A stretch of 64,000 bases of DNA from Pseudomonadota bacterium. GTDB lineage: Bacteria; Desulfobacterota; Desulfobacteria; Desulfobacterales; JBDRRP01. Below are positions 37,621 to 47,384 of the stretch, one piece after another. Each line of letters starts with the position of its first letter. The stretch's first letter is position 1. The stretch is from assembly GCA_043825735.1 (NCBI GenBank), contig JBDRRP010000062.1, positions 1-64,000 on the forward strand, in the 5' to 3' direction. The notes under the pieces were generated by a model. It was not told where the DNA came from. It made no database searches and saw only the letters and a list, made by a program, of their open reading frames with translations. A program made the position numbers and the translations under genes.

Positions 37621-39047
37621 CGCCCTCCGTGCATCCGGATGGTCTTCAGCAGGCTTTTCAGCGACCGGAACACTCGCCGGATCTCGTCCATGTCGTTCAT
37701 GTGGGTCAGGGTCTGGAGGATATACTTCGGTCGGAAGTAGAACTCGCGGTAGGCCCTGGCGAGAATCGGCTGCAGTTCTTTGCGCGACACGCCCACCACT
37801 TTCACCACCGGCCCGCAAGTCATGTCGAACTCCTTGAAATCCCGGGCCACCAGCAGGCCGTTGGCTGTGGCGTATTCGTAGAGATCGGTCCCCGGGTAGC
37901 ACATGGCGATGGAGAACTGCACCTGGTCCGGAGACAGCTTCCGGGCGAAGGCGATGGTCTCCTCGATGGTCTCTCGCGTGTCGTAGGGGAAGCCGAACAT
38001 GAACCCGCCCAGCGCCTGAATCCCGTGGCGCTTGACCAGTCGCACCCCGATCTCGATCTGCTCCAGAGTCAGCCCCTTTTTGATCTTGTCGAGCACGGCC
38101 TGGGATCCGCTCTCGATCCCCAGGCGGATCATCTTGCATCCCGCCGCCCTCATCTCCCCCAACATCTCCGCGTCCAGATTGTCCACCCGCCCGTTGCAGG
38201 TCCATACCAGGTCCAATTTCTCAGATCGAAGCCGCTGGCAGAATTCGATGACCCGTGACTTGCGTGTTGTGAACGTGCCGTCGTCGATATTGACTTCCCT
38301 CAAGCCGTAGCGATCCACGAGTTGGTGAAGCTCGCCGAAGACATTGTCCAGGCTGCGCAGCCGCTGCTTGTGCCCGTACATGCTCTGGGGCCACAGACAG
38401 AAGGCGCAGTGGTAGGGGCAGCCCCGGGCGGTCATCATGTTCATGAACGGCCGCCGGGAGTACCACGCCTCCAGATACCAGTGCCACGGGACGGTCTCCC
38501 GATCCGGATAGGGGACCAGGTCCAGGTCGCTTTCCACCGCGCCATCGCCGTTGTCGCGGATCGTATCGCCGTCGCGGTAGGTGATCCCGCCGATGGCATC
38601 AAGATCCGGCCAGGCGGAAACCACGCCGGCGATCTTGGTGTCGAACTCGTGTCGAATCACCACGTCGATCGCCGGGCACAGATCCAATGCCTGCCGGTGG
38701 AAGTAAGTCACATGAGGCCCCCCGGCAAGAATCAGCGCCCCGGTGGCTGCCTTGAGAGCGGTCAGGCTTTCATAGTCAGCAGTACTGCTGGGCGTGGTGG
38801 TCTCCATGAACACCACATCCGGCGCGGCGGCTGCGGCCGCCGCCAGGGTCTGCGGCATGTCCAGATCCTGAATGACCGCATCGATATAAACCACATCGTG
38901 CCCTGCCGCGGTGAGTTGAGCCGCCGCATACCCCAAAAATATGGGATACTGGAGGAACTTGTCGCTCCGGTGTTTAATGATGCGGTTCTGGGACCGGGTC
39001 CCGTAGCCCTTACCGGGCCACGGCGGATTGATGATCAATACGCGCAT
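37617..39047 (-). CDS. B12-binding radical SAM protein (HpnJ-like N-terminus)
   Basis: MRVLIINPPW, YPIFLGYAAA, TTTPS, GPHVT, TARGCPYHCAFCLWP, GIESGS, YPGTDLY. Confidence 0.9.
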   Translation of the reverse strand: MRVLIINPPWPGKGYGTRSQNRIIKHRSDKFLQYPIFLGYAAAQLTAAGHDVVYIDAVIQDLDMPQTLAAAAAAAPDVVFMETTTPSSTADYESLTALKAATGALILAGGPHVTYFHRQALDLCPAIDVVIRHEFDTKIAGVVSAWPDLDAIGGITYRDGDTIRDNGDGAVESDLDLVPYPDRETVPWHWYLEAWYSRRPFMNMMTARGCPYHCAFCLWPQSMYGHKQRLRSLDNVFGELHQLVDRYGLREVNIDDGTFTTRKSRVIEFCQRLRSEKLDLVWTCNGRVDNLDAEMLGEMRAAGCKMIRLGIESGSQAVLDKIKKGLTLEQIEIGVRLVKRHGIQALGGFMFGFPYDTRETIEETIAFARKLSPDQVQFSIAMCYPGTDLYEYATANGLLVARDFKEFDMTCGPVVKVVGVSRKELQPILARAYREFYFRPKYILQTLTHMNDMDEIRRVFRSLKSLLKTIRMHGGR

Positions 39048-39915
39048 GGATGCTCCTGCTGCGGGATGCTGTCAGATAGCCGGCTGCCTGGGCGATAATG
39101 CTTATGGCCAGCAGGCTCACCACCCAACCCAACCGATGATATTGACGGGCCGCTCGTAAAACGTTGCCCGTGGACCACCGCCGTAGGGTAACAAAACGGC
39201 GCCGATCTTCGACGAGCCGGGAAAACACATAGCTGCTCATCCCCCGTTTGTACTGCCAGCGTAAAAATCCGGCGAAGTCCTCGCGGGCCGCGTGGGTTGC
39301 CACCATGTCCGGACAGTAGCGGATACGCCCGCCCGCCTGCAACAACCGGTAAGCCAGTAGGCTGTCTTCCCCCCCGGCAAAGGGAAACCGACGGTCAAAC
39401 CCGCCCAGGCGCTGAAATACCGCTGCCCGGACTGCACAGTTGCAGGTACTCAGACTAACGGTGAGGCCGTTTGCCGACACCGGCCAAATGTTTTCAAAAC
39501 CCACGGATCCGCCGGCGGGAAACCCCAACGCGGAAATGGCATCGCCCAAGACGGTGGATGGTGCGATCAACACCCGCCCCATGAGGGCCTCTACCCGGGT
39601 CTCGGACAGATGCCGGTCGATGGCGCCGGTCCAGTCCTTATCAATTCGGCAGTCGCTGTCCGTGAAGGCCAGGATGTCGCCAGTAGCCGCCGCCGCCCCT
39701 GCGTTGCGCGCTGCAGCCGGCCCCCGGTTGGGGGATTGTCGAAGAATGAGGACATTATCACCGCAGGCCGCCCGATGGGAACCGTCGGTGGACCCGTCAT
39801 CCACCACGATGATCTGGTCCGGTGGGCGTCGTTGACGGTGCAGGTCGGAAATCAGCAGCGGTAGCCGGTTGACGTCGTTAAATACCGGAATGATGATCGA
39901 AATGCGGGCGCTCAC
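39010..39915 (-). CDS. Glycosyltransferase family 2
   Basis: SIIIPVFN, VDDGSTD, GPAAARNAG, FTDSDC, GGFD..GED; GTG start 39915 after GGAG. Confidence 0.85.
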   Translation of the reverse strand: MSARISIIIPVFNDVNRLPLLISDLHRQRRPPDQIIVVDDGSTDGSHRAACGDNVLILRQSPNRGPAAARNAGAAAATGDILAFTDSDCRIDKDWTGAIDRHLSETRVEALMGRVLIAPSTVLGDAISALGFPAGGSVGFENIWPVSANGLTVSLSTCNCAVRAAVFQRLGGFDRRFPFAGGEDSLLAYRLLQAGGRIRYCPDMVATHAAREDFAGFLRWQYKRGMSSYVFSRLVEDRRRFVTLRRWSTGNVLRAARQYHRLGWVVSLLAISIIAQAAGYLTASRSRSIHARIDHQSAVAR

Positions 39916-40036
39916 CGATTTTCTCCGGCAGATTTTCCAATCGCCGCCGCCCCAGGATATGAACGCCTGCGCTGACACCCCCTTGTCTCGGGGAGCGCGT
40001 CGATGAACGGATTCGACCACGCATCCATAGTCTTTT

Positions 40037-40918
40037 TCACTCCCTGCCCTCGTGCCGTTCCCTGCGGCGCTCAAAGCGCATCTGGGATATCTGCTCGGAA
40101 ATCATGCCCATTAAAAACACAATGATCGAGGAGTTGAACAGCAGGGCGCTCATATTGGTGAATCGCCCCTCCAATGTAAACGTGTACAGGTACCACACGG
40201 CTCCCAAAAAAAACATGGAAACGCTGATGGGTAAAAAGACCCGCATCGGGGAAAACAGCGTACAGATACGCGTGATAATCATAAAAAACCGCACCCCATC
40301 CTTTATCAGGGAAATCTGGCTCTTGCCGCTGGTCCGCCGCTCGGTTCGAATCGGCACGTATTTTAAGCTCAGGCCGGTGCGCAACACGGCCAAGGTCATG
40401 GTTGTCGGGTACGAATAAGTATTGGGCAACAGGTAGATCATACTGCGGGCCACCGGAGCCTTGATGGCCCGGAACCCGCTGGTCAAGTCCTTGATTGGGA
40501 ACTTGGCCACATAGGAGGCAAAGCGGTTGTACACGGCATTGCCAAGCGCCCGCCCCAGCGATGCCTGGTCTTGGAAGGCGCGTGCACCCACTACCAGATC
40601 ATATTCCGGCAGCAGCGCCAGCATTCGGGAAATGTCTTTGGGGTCGTGTTGCCCGTCACCGTCCATAAACACCAGGACTTCGCCAGAGGCCATACGGATA
40701 CCGCTCTTGATCGCGGCCCCGTTGCCGATGTTGTAGGGATGAGAATACACCCGAGCGCCGCTGTTTTGGGCGTTAGCGGCGGTCTGGTCCGTAGAGCCAT
40801 CATCGACGACGATAATCTCTGCCTCCGGATACTGGCTGCGAACCGCCGTCACCAGGCCGCCGATGGTATGCGCCTCGTTGAAGGTCGGTATGATGACCGA
40901 AACCGTGGGTGCTGGCAT
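40037..40918 (-). CDS. GT2, polyprenyl-phosphate sugar synthase type with C-terminal TMs
   Basis: IPTFNEA, VDDGSTD, NIGNGAAIKSG, MDGDGQH, DLTSGFRA, two C-terminal TM helices. Confidence 0.88.
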   Translation of the reverse strand: MPAPTVSVIIPTFNEAHTIGGLVTAVRSQYPEAEIIVVDDGSTDQTAANAQNSGARVYSHPYNIGNGAAIKSGIRMASGEVLVFMDGDGQHDPKDISRMLALLPEYDLVVGARAFQDQASLGRALGNAVYNRFASYVAKFPIKDLTSGFRAIKAPVARSMIYLLPNTYSYPTTMTLAVLRTGLSLKYVPIRTERRTSGKSQISLIKDGVRFFMIITRICTLFSPMRVFLPISVSMFFLGAVWYLYTFTLEGRFTNMSALLFNSSIIVFLMGMISEQISQMRFERRRERHEGRE

Positions 40919-40934
40919 CGCCTTCCTTTTCGGT

Positions 40935-41219
40935 TTATTTACGCTTTAAAGCCGCCCTGTAGATTTCTTTGTCCCTTCGTGGCCCCACAGCCAGGACAAA
41001 AACCTCGACCGTTTTCTCCCACACCCGGTAAACGACACGATAATCGCCGACACGCAGTTTCCGAAAATCGGCCAGATTCCCCAACAAAAGCGTTCCGAAT
41101 TGCAACGGCGCCCGTGCCAACTTGTCATCGATGGCCTTGACGACGCGACGGGCGGCAGAGGCGCCGATGCTTTCTAAATCTTCTTCGACAGCATGGTGGT
41201 AAACAAGCGACCATGTCAT
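40935..41219 (-). CDS. RelE/ParE-family toxin
   Basis: GNLADFRKLRVGDYRVVY..VLAVGPRRDKEIY. Confidence 0.9.
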   Translation of the reverse strand: MTWSLVYHHAVEEDLESIGASAARRVVKAIDDKLARAPLQFGTLLLGNLADFRKLRVGDYRVVYRVWEKTVEVFVLAVGPRRDKEIYRAALKRK

Positions 41220-41485
41220 CTTCCGAATTTCTCCATAATGTACCCGTGAGACAAGACCTTGCTGTTATCAAAGCTGTCCAGGCGGGCAAGCGCCAGCGCT
41301 GTTAGGCGCAGGTCCTCGATTTCCTCCAGCATGGATTCGTAGCTCTCCATGGACAGCAGAATGGCTTTCGGGGCGTTGTTTTTCAAAATGATGAGTTTTT
41401 CTGTCTCGCCCTTTTCCAGGGCATCCAAAGTCGCGGACGTTTTTTTCGAAAGCGCCGTGGCTGAAAGGTAGTCGGTGTGCCGCAT
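41216..41485 (-). CDS. Phd/YefM-family antitoxin
   Basis: SATALSK, IILKNNAPKAILLSMESYESM; ATGA overlap with toxin. Confidence 0.88.
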   Translation of the reverse strand: MRHTDYLSATALSKKTSATLDALEKGETEKLIILKNNAPKAILLSMESYESMLEEIEDLRLTALALARLDSFDNSKVLSHGYIMEKFGR

Positions 41486-41497
41486 GATTTCTATCCC

Positions 41498-41549
41498 CCG
41501 ATTATCTGACTATTCAACGCAACATAATCGGATTTTACTATCGTGTCAA
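41498..41549 (-). promoter_or_regulatory. Sigma70-type promoter and inverted-repeat operator of phd-relE
   Basis: Minus strand TTGACA (41549-41544), 17 bp, TATGTT (41526-41521); CCGATTAT (41498-41505) / ATAATCGG (41524-41531) inverted repeat. Confidence 0.65.
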
Positions 41550-41625
41550 TCGGCGATGAACGCGTGAAGAGTGCTTGGGGCGCTTTTTGTGTCAGCCCGC
41601 CGTCTCTGTGATATCTGGCACCCGG

Positions 41626-43308
41626 TTATTCTCTGCCTCCACGCTGCTGTGCTTTCCTCACTATCATCAACACATACCCCTTGGATGCCAATAGTGTTTC
41701 AGTCCAACTGGAGAAGAATTCAGCGGTTACCACCAATTGCTGTGCCGATAGATTGTCCGTCAGCCACCGGTTGAGCAGCGGTTCGTATATCAGCAGATAT
41801 TCATGACCGCTCTCAGTTAAACGTGTGGCAATCGACTCCGGCGAAGATGCATCGCGGATGGCACGTAGTAATGTTCCATTGCCGTCCTGAACGGGCAAGT
41901 CACTATAATAAAATCGCCCCCCCATGAAAAAACTCAGCAGCGAAGCCCCTTGAGGTAAATGCCGGTTGGCATATCGAAACAGTTCATATTCTGGGCGATG
42001 GGCGACGATGTATTCATCCCGCGACATCCGACCGCTGAGATATTCCATCGGAGATACTCTGCCGTAAAGGTCTGCGAGGTATCTTACATTCAGGGCCAGC
42101 ATGCACAGTAGTACGACGGCAAACGCACCGCCCATCAGATTTCCCCGGAGGCTGGAAACAGCTAGCACCGAGCGTATCTTCTGAGCGACCCCGTGAAGCC
42201 CGAAGACACTCAGGATAACCAACGGCGGCACTGCCGGCAGAATCCACCGAGTCCGCATGTCGATCTGGAAAAAAACAATAAGGATATAGAGCACGGCAAA
42301 TACCAGCCAGATGGTGTTTTCACGACGGTGGCGCACCGGTTGTGCGCGCCACGTAAGCAATGCAAGCAGCGGCAACACCAGCAGATACGGATTGAGCGCA
42401 CCGTCAAAGAACTGCGGGTTGTCATCCGCCCCCTGCAAGAATATCCTGATAGGTACCAGCACGATCATCCACCACGGTTCGCCAAACGCCAATCGACGGT
42501 ATGAAAAATGATCCAGCCGAGGCGAGGCCGGAACGTCTGGCAGAAAACCTGCTGTTGCCGGGGGATTGAAAATGCTCTGAAACAGCGGATATACAGGGTT
42601 TCCGGTCCACAGGGCATTTCGAATAGCCCACGGCGAGAAAACCGCCACGGCGACAAACAGAAACAGCGCTGCCGGCAAAAATGCCTTCGCACTGGCCAAC
42701 CCGTGAAGACGGTTCCTGCGAACATACACAAACGCGGTCATTAGAAACACCAAGCACAATACGATCAACCCATTGTACTTGGTGCCCATGCAGAGTCCGC
42801 AGAAAACGGCCGACAACACCAGATAACGTTCGGCAAATCCATTTTCCGTCCATTTTACAAAGGCCATTAGCGATACCGTCGAAAAGAAGAGCAGTCCCAG
42901 GTCGACATAGGCCACCGTGGACAAACGAACGATGACCGGCAGAGAAAGAAACAGCAGCCCTCCGATCGCTGCATAGGTGGCTCCCAAGCGTTTCCGCAGG
43001 TAGTTAAACAACACCAATGCCGTCAACAGGCCGAAAGTCAAATGAATAATTTTGGGAAGAATATCGTTTCCGAAAAAAAGGGGGATGGCGTAAAGCAGGT
43101 CGAGATTCATCGGGTAATAGGAAAACAGGATGTGGGGGATCTCGTAGATGCCGCCGTGGGCCAGATAGAGCTTCGGGACCAGGAGATGGTGGTTCAACGC
43201 GTCTCTACTCACCGGCGGCACCGATGCCATGCCAACAACGATCCCGATCAAGATCGCGGCTGCAAGGGTCAATACAATGATCCCGATATGTTTTTTATTC
43301 GTCCCCAT
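41626..43308 (-). CDS. Multi-TM GT-C glycosyltransferase (ArnT/PMT-like)
   Basis: PP..RDALNHHL, SYYP, AYVDLG, GTKYNG, RNALWTGNPVYP, RWILP; start set at ATG 43308. Confidence 0.75.
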   Translation of the reverse strand: MGTNKKHIGIIVLTLAAAILIGIVVGMASVPPVSRDALNHHLLVPKLYLAHGGIYEIPHILFSYYPMNLDLLYAIPLFFGNDILPKIIHLTFGLLTALVLFNYLRKRLGATYAAIGGLLFLSLPVIVRLSTVAYVDLGLLFFSTVSLMAFVKWTENGFAERYLVLSAVFCGLCMGTKYNGLIVLCLVFLMTAFVYVRRNRLHGLASAKAFLPAALFLFVAVAVFSPWAIRNALWTGNPVYPLFQSIFNPPATAGFLPDVPASPRLDHFSYRRLAFGEPWWMIVLVPIRIFLQGADDNPQFFDGALNPYLLVLPLLALLTWRAQPVRHRRENTIWLVFAVLYILIVFFQIDMRTRWILPAVPPLVILSVFGLHGVAQKIRSVLAVSSLRGNLMGGAFAVVLLCMLALNVRYLADLYGRVSPMEYLSGRMSRDEYIVAHRPEYELFRYANRHLPQGASLLSFFMGGRFYYSDLPVQDGNGTLLRAIRDASSPESIATRLTESGHEYLLIYEPLLNRWLTDNLSAQQLVVTAEFFSSWTETLLASKGYVLMIVRKAQQRGGRE

Positions 43309-43348
43309 CCCCTTTTCCCGGTTGCTCGGCAAGCACAGAGACAGATTC

Positions 43349-46300
43349 CTACTCAACAAAATCTGATAGCGATTTCGATGCATTTTTATTGAAAAGATCA
43401 TAATCCCGTTCAGCCTGGGCCAATCGGTGATTTTTCGTCATCCGGTAAACATCGCGCCGGTAAGTGAGAAAACCCGCTTCCCAGGGAACGTCCGGTTCGA
43501 ACAAAGCCAAAACTTCGGCGCCTTTCTCATATCCGCCCAAAGAAGCCACCCTCAGCAGCAGCCGCATTCGATATTCCGAGTACATTCCGACAGAAAACTG
43601 CGGCGTCAGCAGATTCATCAAGCGCTTGATATCGGCGCCATCCTGACGCGCCAACTGTTGGGCGATATCGAGCGCGGGCAACACGCAATAGGCACTGTGC
43701 CAGGGGTCCTCGCGCAGACGTAGGATTGTTCTCTCCAAATGAGCCATGGCGGCCGCCATGTCCGAGGCGTGCCAAAAATAAACCGCCGTGATGGCTTCGG
43801 CATCGGTGGGCCGCGTGCGTTTTAGGATGCGGATGTCTTCCAGGGCGCTGGCGTCACCTGCCGTGGCCTTTGCCATGGCCGACACCAGATAATCGGTGGG
43901 CTCGACCGGTTGAAAACGACCACCGGCGACGAGATCCTGCAATGCCTTGAACTGTTTCCGGACAAACCGCCCATAGGCTTCGATCCGTGCATTCTGGCCG
44001 GGCACAGGCGCCTCGGGCAGACTGGCGCCGCCGATCTCCAGCAGTTGCGCGAGCGATGCTTCCTCCTGGACCTTGTCCCAGGCAACCGTCGACGGATCGA
44101 TGGACGGGCGATGGTGTTGGGTTTCCATGGCCAGTGTCAGCAAGTCCTGGATCTGAAAAAACCGGTTGGCGCCGAGGGTCCTTGCAAAATCGAACTCGAT
44201 CTGCATGCGATCGTCGGTGTTCATCCACCAGTCCGGATGCTGTGTGCGAGAGAGCAGACCCGCAAATTCACCGTTCGCCACATAACGGGACAAAAATCCT
44301 TCCACCCCGGTGGTGTGCCAGGTGTTGAGCAATGCCGAATAAAACGGCTCGCTCGCCAGTCTGGTCGCCAGCGCCCCGCGGTTCATGCGCATGGGCGTCA
44401 TCGAACACAGCAGCACCAGATCGTTGGTCTTTGTCCGCCAGGTGTCGATGTACGGAAAAACGCCCGAAAGCGTCACGTAAATGGACTTGATGGTCCTGGG
44501 TGCGATTTCATAGGCCTGAACCCACTGCGTGAAAATGCCCCCCGGGGCCATCCGTTTGACCGCCTCGCGATAAAATTCGACAGTATACAAACTGGCAATG
44601 CCGGCCCGATAAGGGTTGGACGGCTCCGAGAAGATCAGATCATAGGTCTGCTCGCTGGTCGTCAGTATTTCCCGGGCGTCATCGAAAATGATGTTCACCT
44701 TCGGATTGTTGAGCACATCCTGGTTGACCGGAGTGCAGACCCGAGCCACTTCAGCGATTCCCGGTTCGATCTCCACCACGTCCACACGCGTCATGGATGG
44801 CACGCGCGCCAACCACCCGGCGGTGCTGCCGGTGCCAAGACCGATCACCAGCGATCGCTTTGGCTCAGGATGAATGGCTGCGCCGATGAGCCCACAGGTG
44901 ACCTGGGTGGCCGCATCCCCGACAGCGTGGCCATCGACCTTGCCGTTGATCACGAAGGCATACCCATTGGCGAGGATCAGGCCGATGGCACTTTCCTTTC
45001 CGTCCATTTCCCAGAGCAGATTACGCCGGGTGTGTGCCATCTTATCCTGCATCTCGTTTGGGCTTATATTTGCGAGTGCCAGACGGCCAGCGCCGATCGG
45101 GGAATGCCGCCACGCGGCGGTGGGCCCGCTGGCCAAAAACACCAGCACTGCTACAGCCGCCGCCGCGGCCGATGCGAGCACCACCGGCCAAACGCTCTGT
45201 TTACAGCTGGCGACATAGGCGGCCGCCACTGAGAGCAACAGCAGTATAACAACAGCCAGCCGCCAACATCCTGGTGCAGAAAGGACCGTCATCAATCCGA
45301 AGCCACTGGCAAGGGCGCCGGTGATGGCACCGGCCGTATTGAACGCATAGGCATTGCCCGTATGGCGACCGATGTCTGCGTCACCGCGGCCCAAAAGAGC
45401 GATGATCAGCGGGAACTGGTAGCCAGCGGCCACGGATGCGGGGAACACGACAACCACGGCCACCAGACCATATGAGAGCACCTGCCCCGGCAACCCGAGG
45501 CCCTGGAGGGGGTGAATAATGGCCGCAAAAACCCCGATCCAGTCGCCCAGCAGGTAGGGCACGGCCAGCAGCAGGGCCTCCACGCCACAGCTCACCCCGA
45601 AAACCATCACCCCCCTGCCGGCAGCCCCGCCGACCAGAGCGTATAGGCCGCCACCAACGCCGATGCCCGACAGCGCTACGGCGAGGATGAGACCATAGCT
45701 GTAAGTTGTCCCACCCAAAATGGGAGAGAGCATTCGGTACCAGACCAACTCCATGAGAAAAAAGACAAAACCGGTGGTGAATGCCGCCACGTATATAAAC
45801 CAGGCTGACATCATGGTTTGCCCAAGGCCATCCCGGATTCGATTTGCGTCACCGGTGTCGTTTATGGACGCCACCGGCGTTGAAGGCATCCTTTGAGGGA
45901 ACTTCCACGCCGCCACTGCCACCAGCAGGTTCAGCAAAGCCGCAATGCGCAGTGTGTTCTGGAGACCGAAGATTTCGATCATCCAGAACGTGGTGATCAT
46001 AACACCCATCACGGCCCCGGCCGTATTCATCCCGTAAAGGAGCGCCGTACGCTTGCGGTCAGCATCGGCAGCGGTCTCCAGCGAGCGCACCACAGCGGGC
46101 AGGGTCCCGCCCATAGCGAAAGTCGCCCCGCCGAGAATTATGGTGCTCAACAGCAGCCGGGCCAGGGTACCCCCGACCATTCCCATGGCCATAGTCCCGC
46201 CGGCCGCTGCGTACAGATGCCGTGCGGCGTTGATCAGAAACGGTGACACCAGCGCCAGGCCGGCGATGAGAAACTCGAGCCTGGCATACAAGCGCATAGG

Positions 46301-46504
46301 GTGCCGGCTGTGGTCAGCCCGTTTACCTAAAATAGCGCTGCCCGCGCCAAGCCCGCCCATGAAGACAGCGGTTACCGCCGCGGTGGCGGCCGTCGACGCT
46401 CCGAATACAAGCCTCAGCTCCCGCATCCATACGATCTGGTAAATCAGGGCGCAAAACCCCGATCCGGTGATCAGGAGACTGGCCCGGAATAAACGTGTGG
46501 TCAT
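43349..46504 (-). CDS. Fused membrane (MFS-like) / spermidine-synthase-like SAM-fold protein
   Basis: SGFCALIYQIVWMR, FMGGLGAG, YGMNTAGAV repeated in two TM bundles; INGKVDG, LVIGLGTGST, VEIEP, DDARE, LIFSEPSNP; ATG 46504. Confidence 0.88.
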   Translation of the reverse strand: MTTRLFRASLLITGSGFCALIYQIVWMRELRLVFGASTAATAAVTAVFMGGLGAGSAILGKRADHSRHPMRLYARLEFLIAGLALVSPFLINAARHLYAAAGGTMAMGMVGGTLARLLLSTIILGGATFAMGGTLPAVVRSLETAADADRKRTALLYGMNTAGAVMGVMITTFWMIEIFGLQNTLRIAALLNLLVAVAAWKFPQRMPSTPVASINDTGDANRIRDGLGQTMMSAWFIYVAAFTTGFVFFLMELVWYRMLSPILGGTTYSYGLILAVALSGIGVGGGLYALVGGAAGRGVMVFGVSCGVEALLLAVPYLLGDWIGVFAAIIHPLQGLGLPGQVLSYGLVAVVVVFPASVAAGYQFPLIIALLGRGDADIGRHTGNAYAFNTAGAITGALASGFGLMTVLSAPGCWRLAVVILLLLSVAAAYVASCKQSVWPVVLASAAAAAVAVLVFLASGPTAAWRHSPIGAGRLALANISPNEMQDKMAHTRRNLLWEMDGKESAIGLILANGYAFVINGKVDGHAVGDAATQVTCGLIGAAIHPEPKRSLVIGLGTGSTAGWLARVPSMTRVDVVEIEPGIAEVARVCTPVNQDVLNNPKVNIIFDDAREILTTSEQTYDLIFSEPSNPYRAGIASLYTVEFYREAVKRMAPGGIFTQWVQAYEIAPRTIKSIYVTLSGVFPYIDTWRTKTNDLVLLCSMTPMRMNRGALATRLASEPFYSALLNTWHTTGVEGFLSRYVANGEFAGLLSRTQHPDWWMNTDDRMQIEFDFARTLGANRFFQIQDLLTLAMETQHHRPSIDPSTVAWDKVQEEASLAQLLEIGGASLPEAPVPGQNARIEAYGRFVRKQFKALQDLVAGGRFQPVEPTDYLVSAMAKATAGDASALEDIRILKRTRPTDAEAITAVYFWHASDMAAAMAHLERTILRLREDPWHSAYCVLPALDIAQQLARQDGADIKRLMNLLTPQFSVGMYSEYRMRLLLRVASLGGYEKGAEVLALFEPDVPWEAGFLTYRRDVYRMTKNHRLAQAERDYDLFNKNASKSLSDFVE

Positions 46505-46583
46505 TTCAGTTTCTCTTGGTTTTCGGGTGCTCCGACGCTCCGCACCGGCTGTCTCAGCAGGCACACTGCGCCGACAGCGCCGG

Positions 46584-47384
46584 TCATCGATCGTCCCCGC
46601 CACCGAGGCGCCCTGAAGACGCAGCTGCCAAAGTGGTTGCACTCGGAAACAAACGGGAGGTAATCCATCCCCACCGAGCCATCCGGAATACCGCGGCCGT
46701 CGCCAAGCACCCAATCCCGTACCGAATACTTCTCGGCAGGTTGATGGATGAGGCCTCTTCAAAATACTTGGTCGGACAGCTGACTTCTGCCACAGTGTAC
46801 CCCTGCCAAATGATTTGGGTGAGCATCTGATTGTCAAAAACAAAATCATCACTGTTCTTTTCAAAGTTCAGCCCTTCGAGCAACTGCCTTGAAAAGGCCC
46901 TGTAGCCGGTGTGGTATTCTGAAAGTTTTGCCCCGATGAGGGCATTTTCCACCAGTGTGAGAAACCGGTTGGCCACGTATTTCCAGACAGGCATGCCGCC
47001 CTTCAGGGCTTGCCCGCCGAGGATGCGAGAGCCCAGAACGCAATGGTAGAGGCCGCTGCCGATCATGGCGGCCATGGCCGGGATCAGCTTTGGCGTGTAC
47101 TGGTAGTCCGGATGGACCATGATGACGATTTCCCCTCCGACCTCCAGGGCGAGCCTGTAGCATGTTTTCTGGTTGGCTCCGTACCCGCGGTTGTCCTTGT
47201 GGCGGTGGACCGTCACATTGGACAGGTTCCGGGCCACGGCCAGTGTGTCATCCCTGCTGGCGTCATCGACGACGACAACGTGATCCACCACCCCCTGAGC
47301 CATGACTTCTTCGTAAGTCCGCCTGAGGGTCATGGCGGCATTATAGGCTGGCATGACCACGATAACCCGTTTGTTTGCGTACAT
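46584..47384 (-). CDS. GT2, polyprenyl-phosphate sugar synthase type
   Basis: VMPAYNAA, VDDASRD, NRGYGANQK, HPDYQY, EYHTGYRAF; ATG 47384. Confidence 0.88.
   Translation of the reverse strand: MYANKRVIVVMPAYNAAMTLRRTYEEVMAQGVVDHVVVVDDASRDDTLAVARNLSNVTVHRHKDNRGYGANQKTCYRLALEVGGEIVIMVHPDYQYTPKLIPAMAAMIGSGLYHCVLGSRILGGQALKGGMPVWKYVANRFLTLVENALIGAKLSEYHTGYRAFSRQLLEGLNFEKNSDDFVFDNQMLTQIIWQGYTVAEVSCPTKYFEEASSINLPRSIRYGIGCLATAAVFRMARWGWITSRLFPSATTLAAASSGRLGGGDDR

Noticed and set aside
37617..39047. Calling this gene hpnJ and the region a hopanoid cluster
   Set aside because: No squalene-hopene cyclase or other hpn genes in the window; similarity is family-level only.
3308..45232. Many long antisense or alternate-frame ORFs (e.g. 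3308..4381, 14232..15359, 43910..45232) and N-terminal extensions (6662, 30782, 38205, 46864)
   Set aside because: Expected in GC-rich coding DNA; they have no motifs and overlap well-supported genes.
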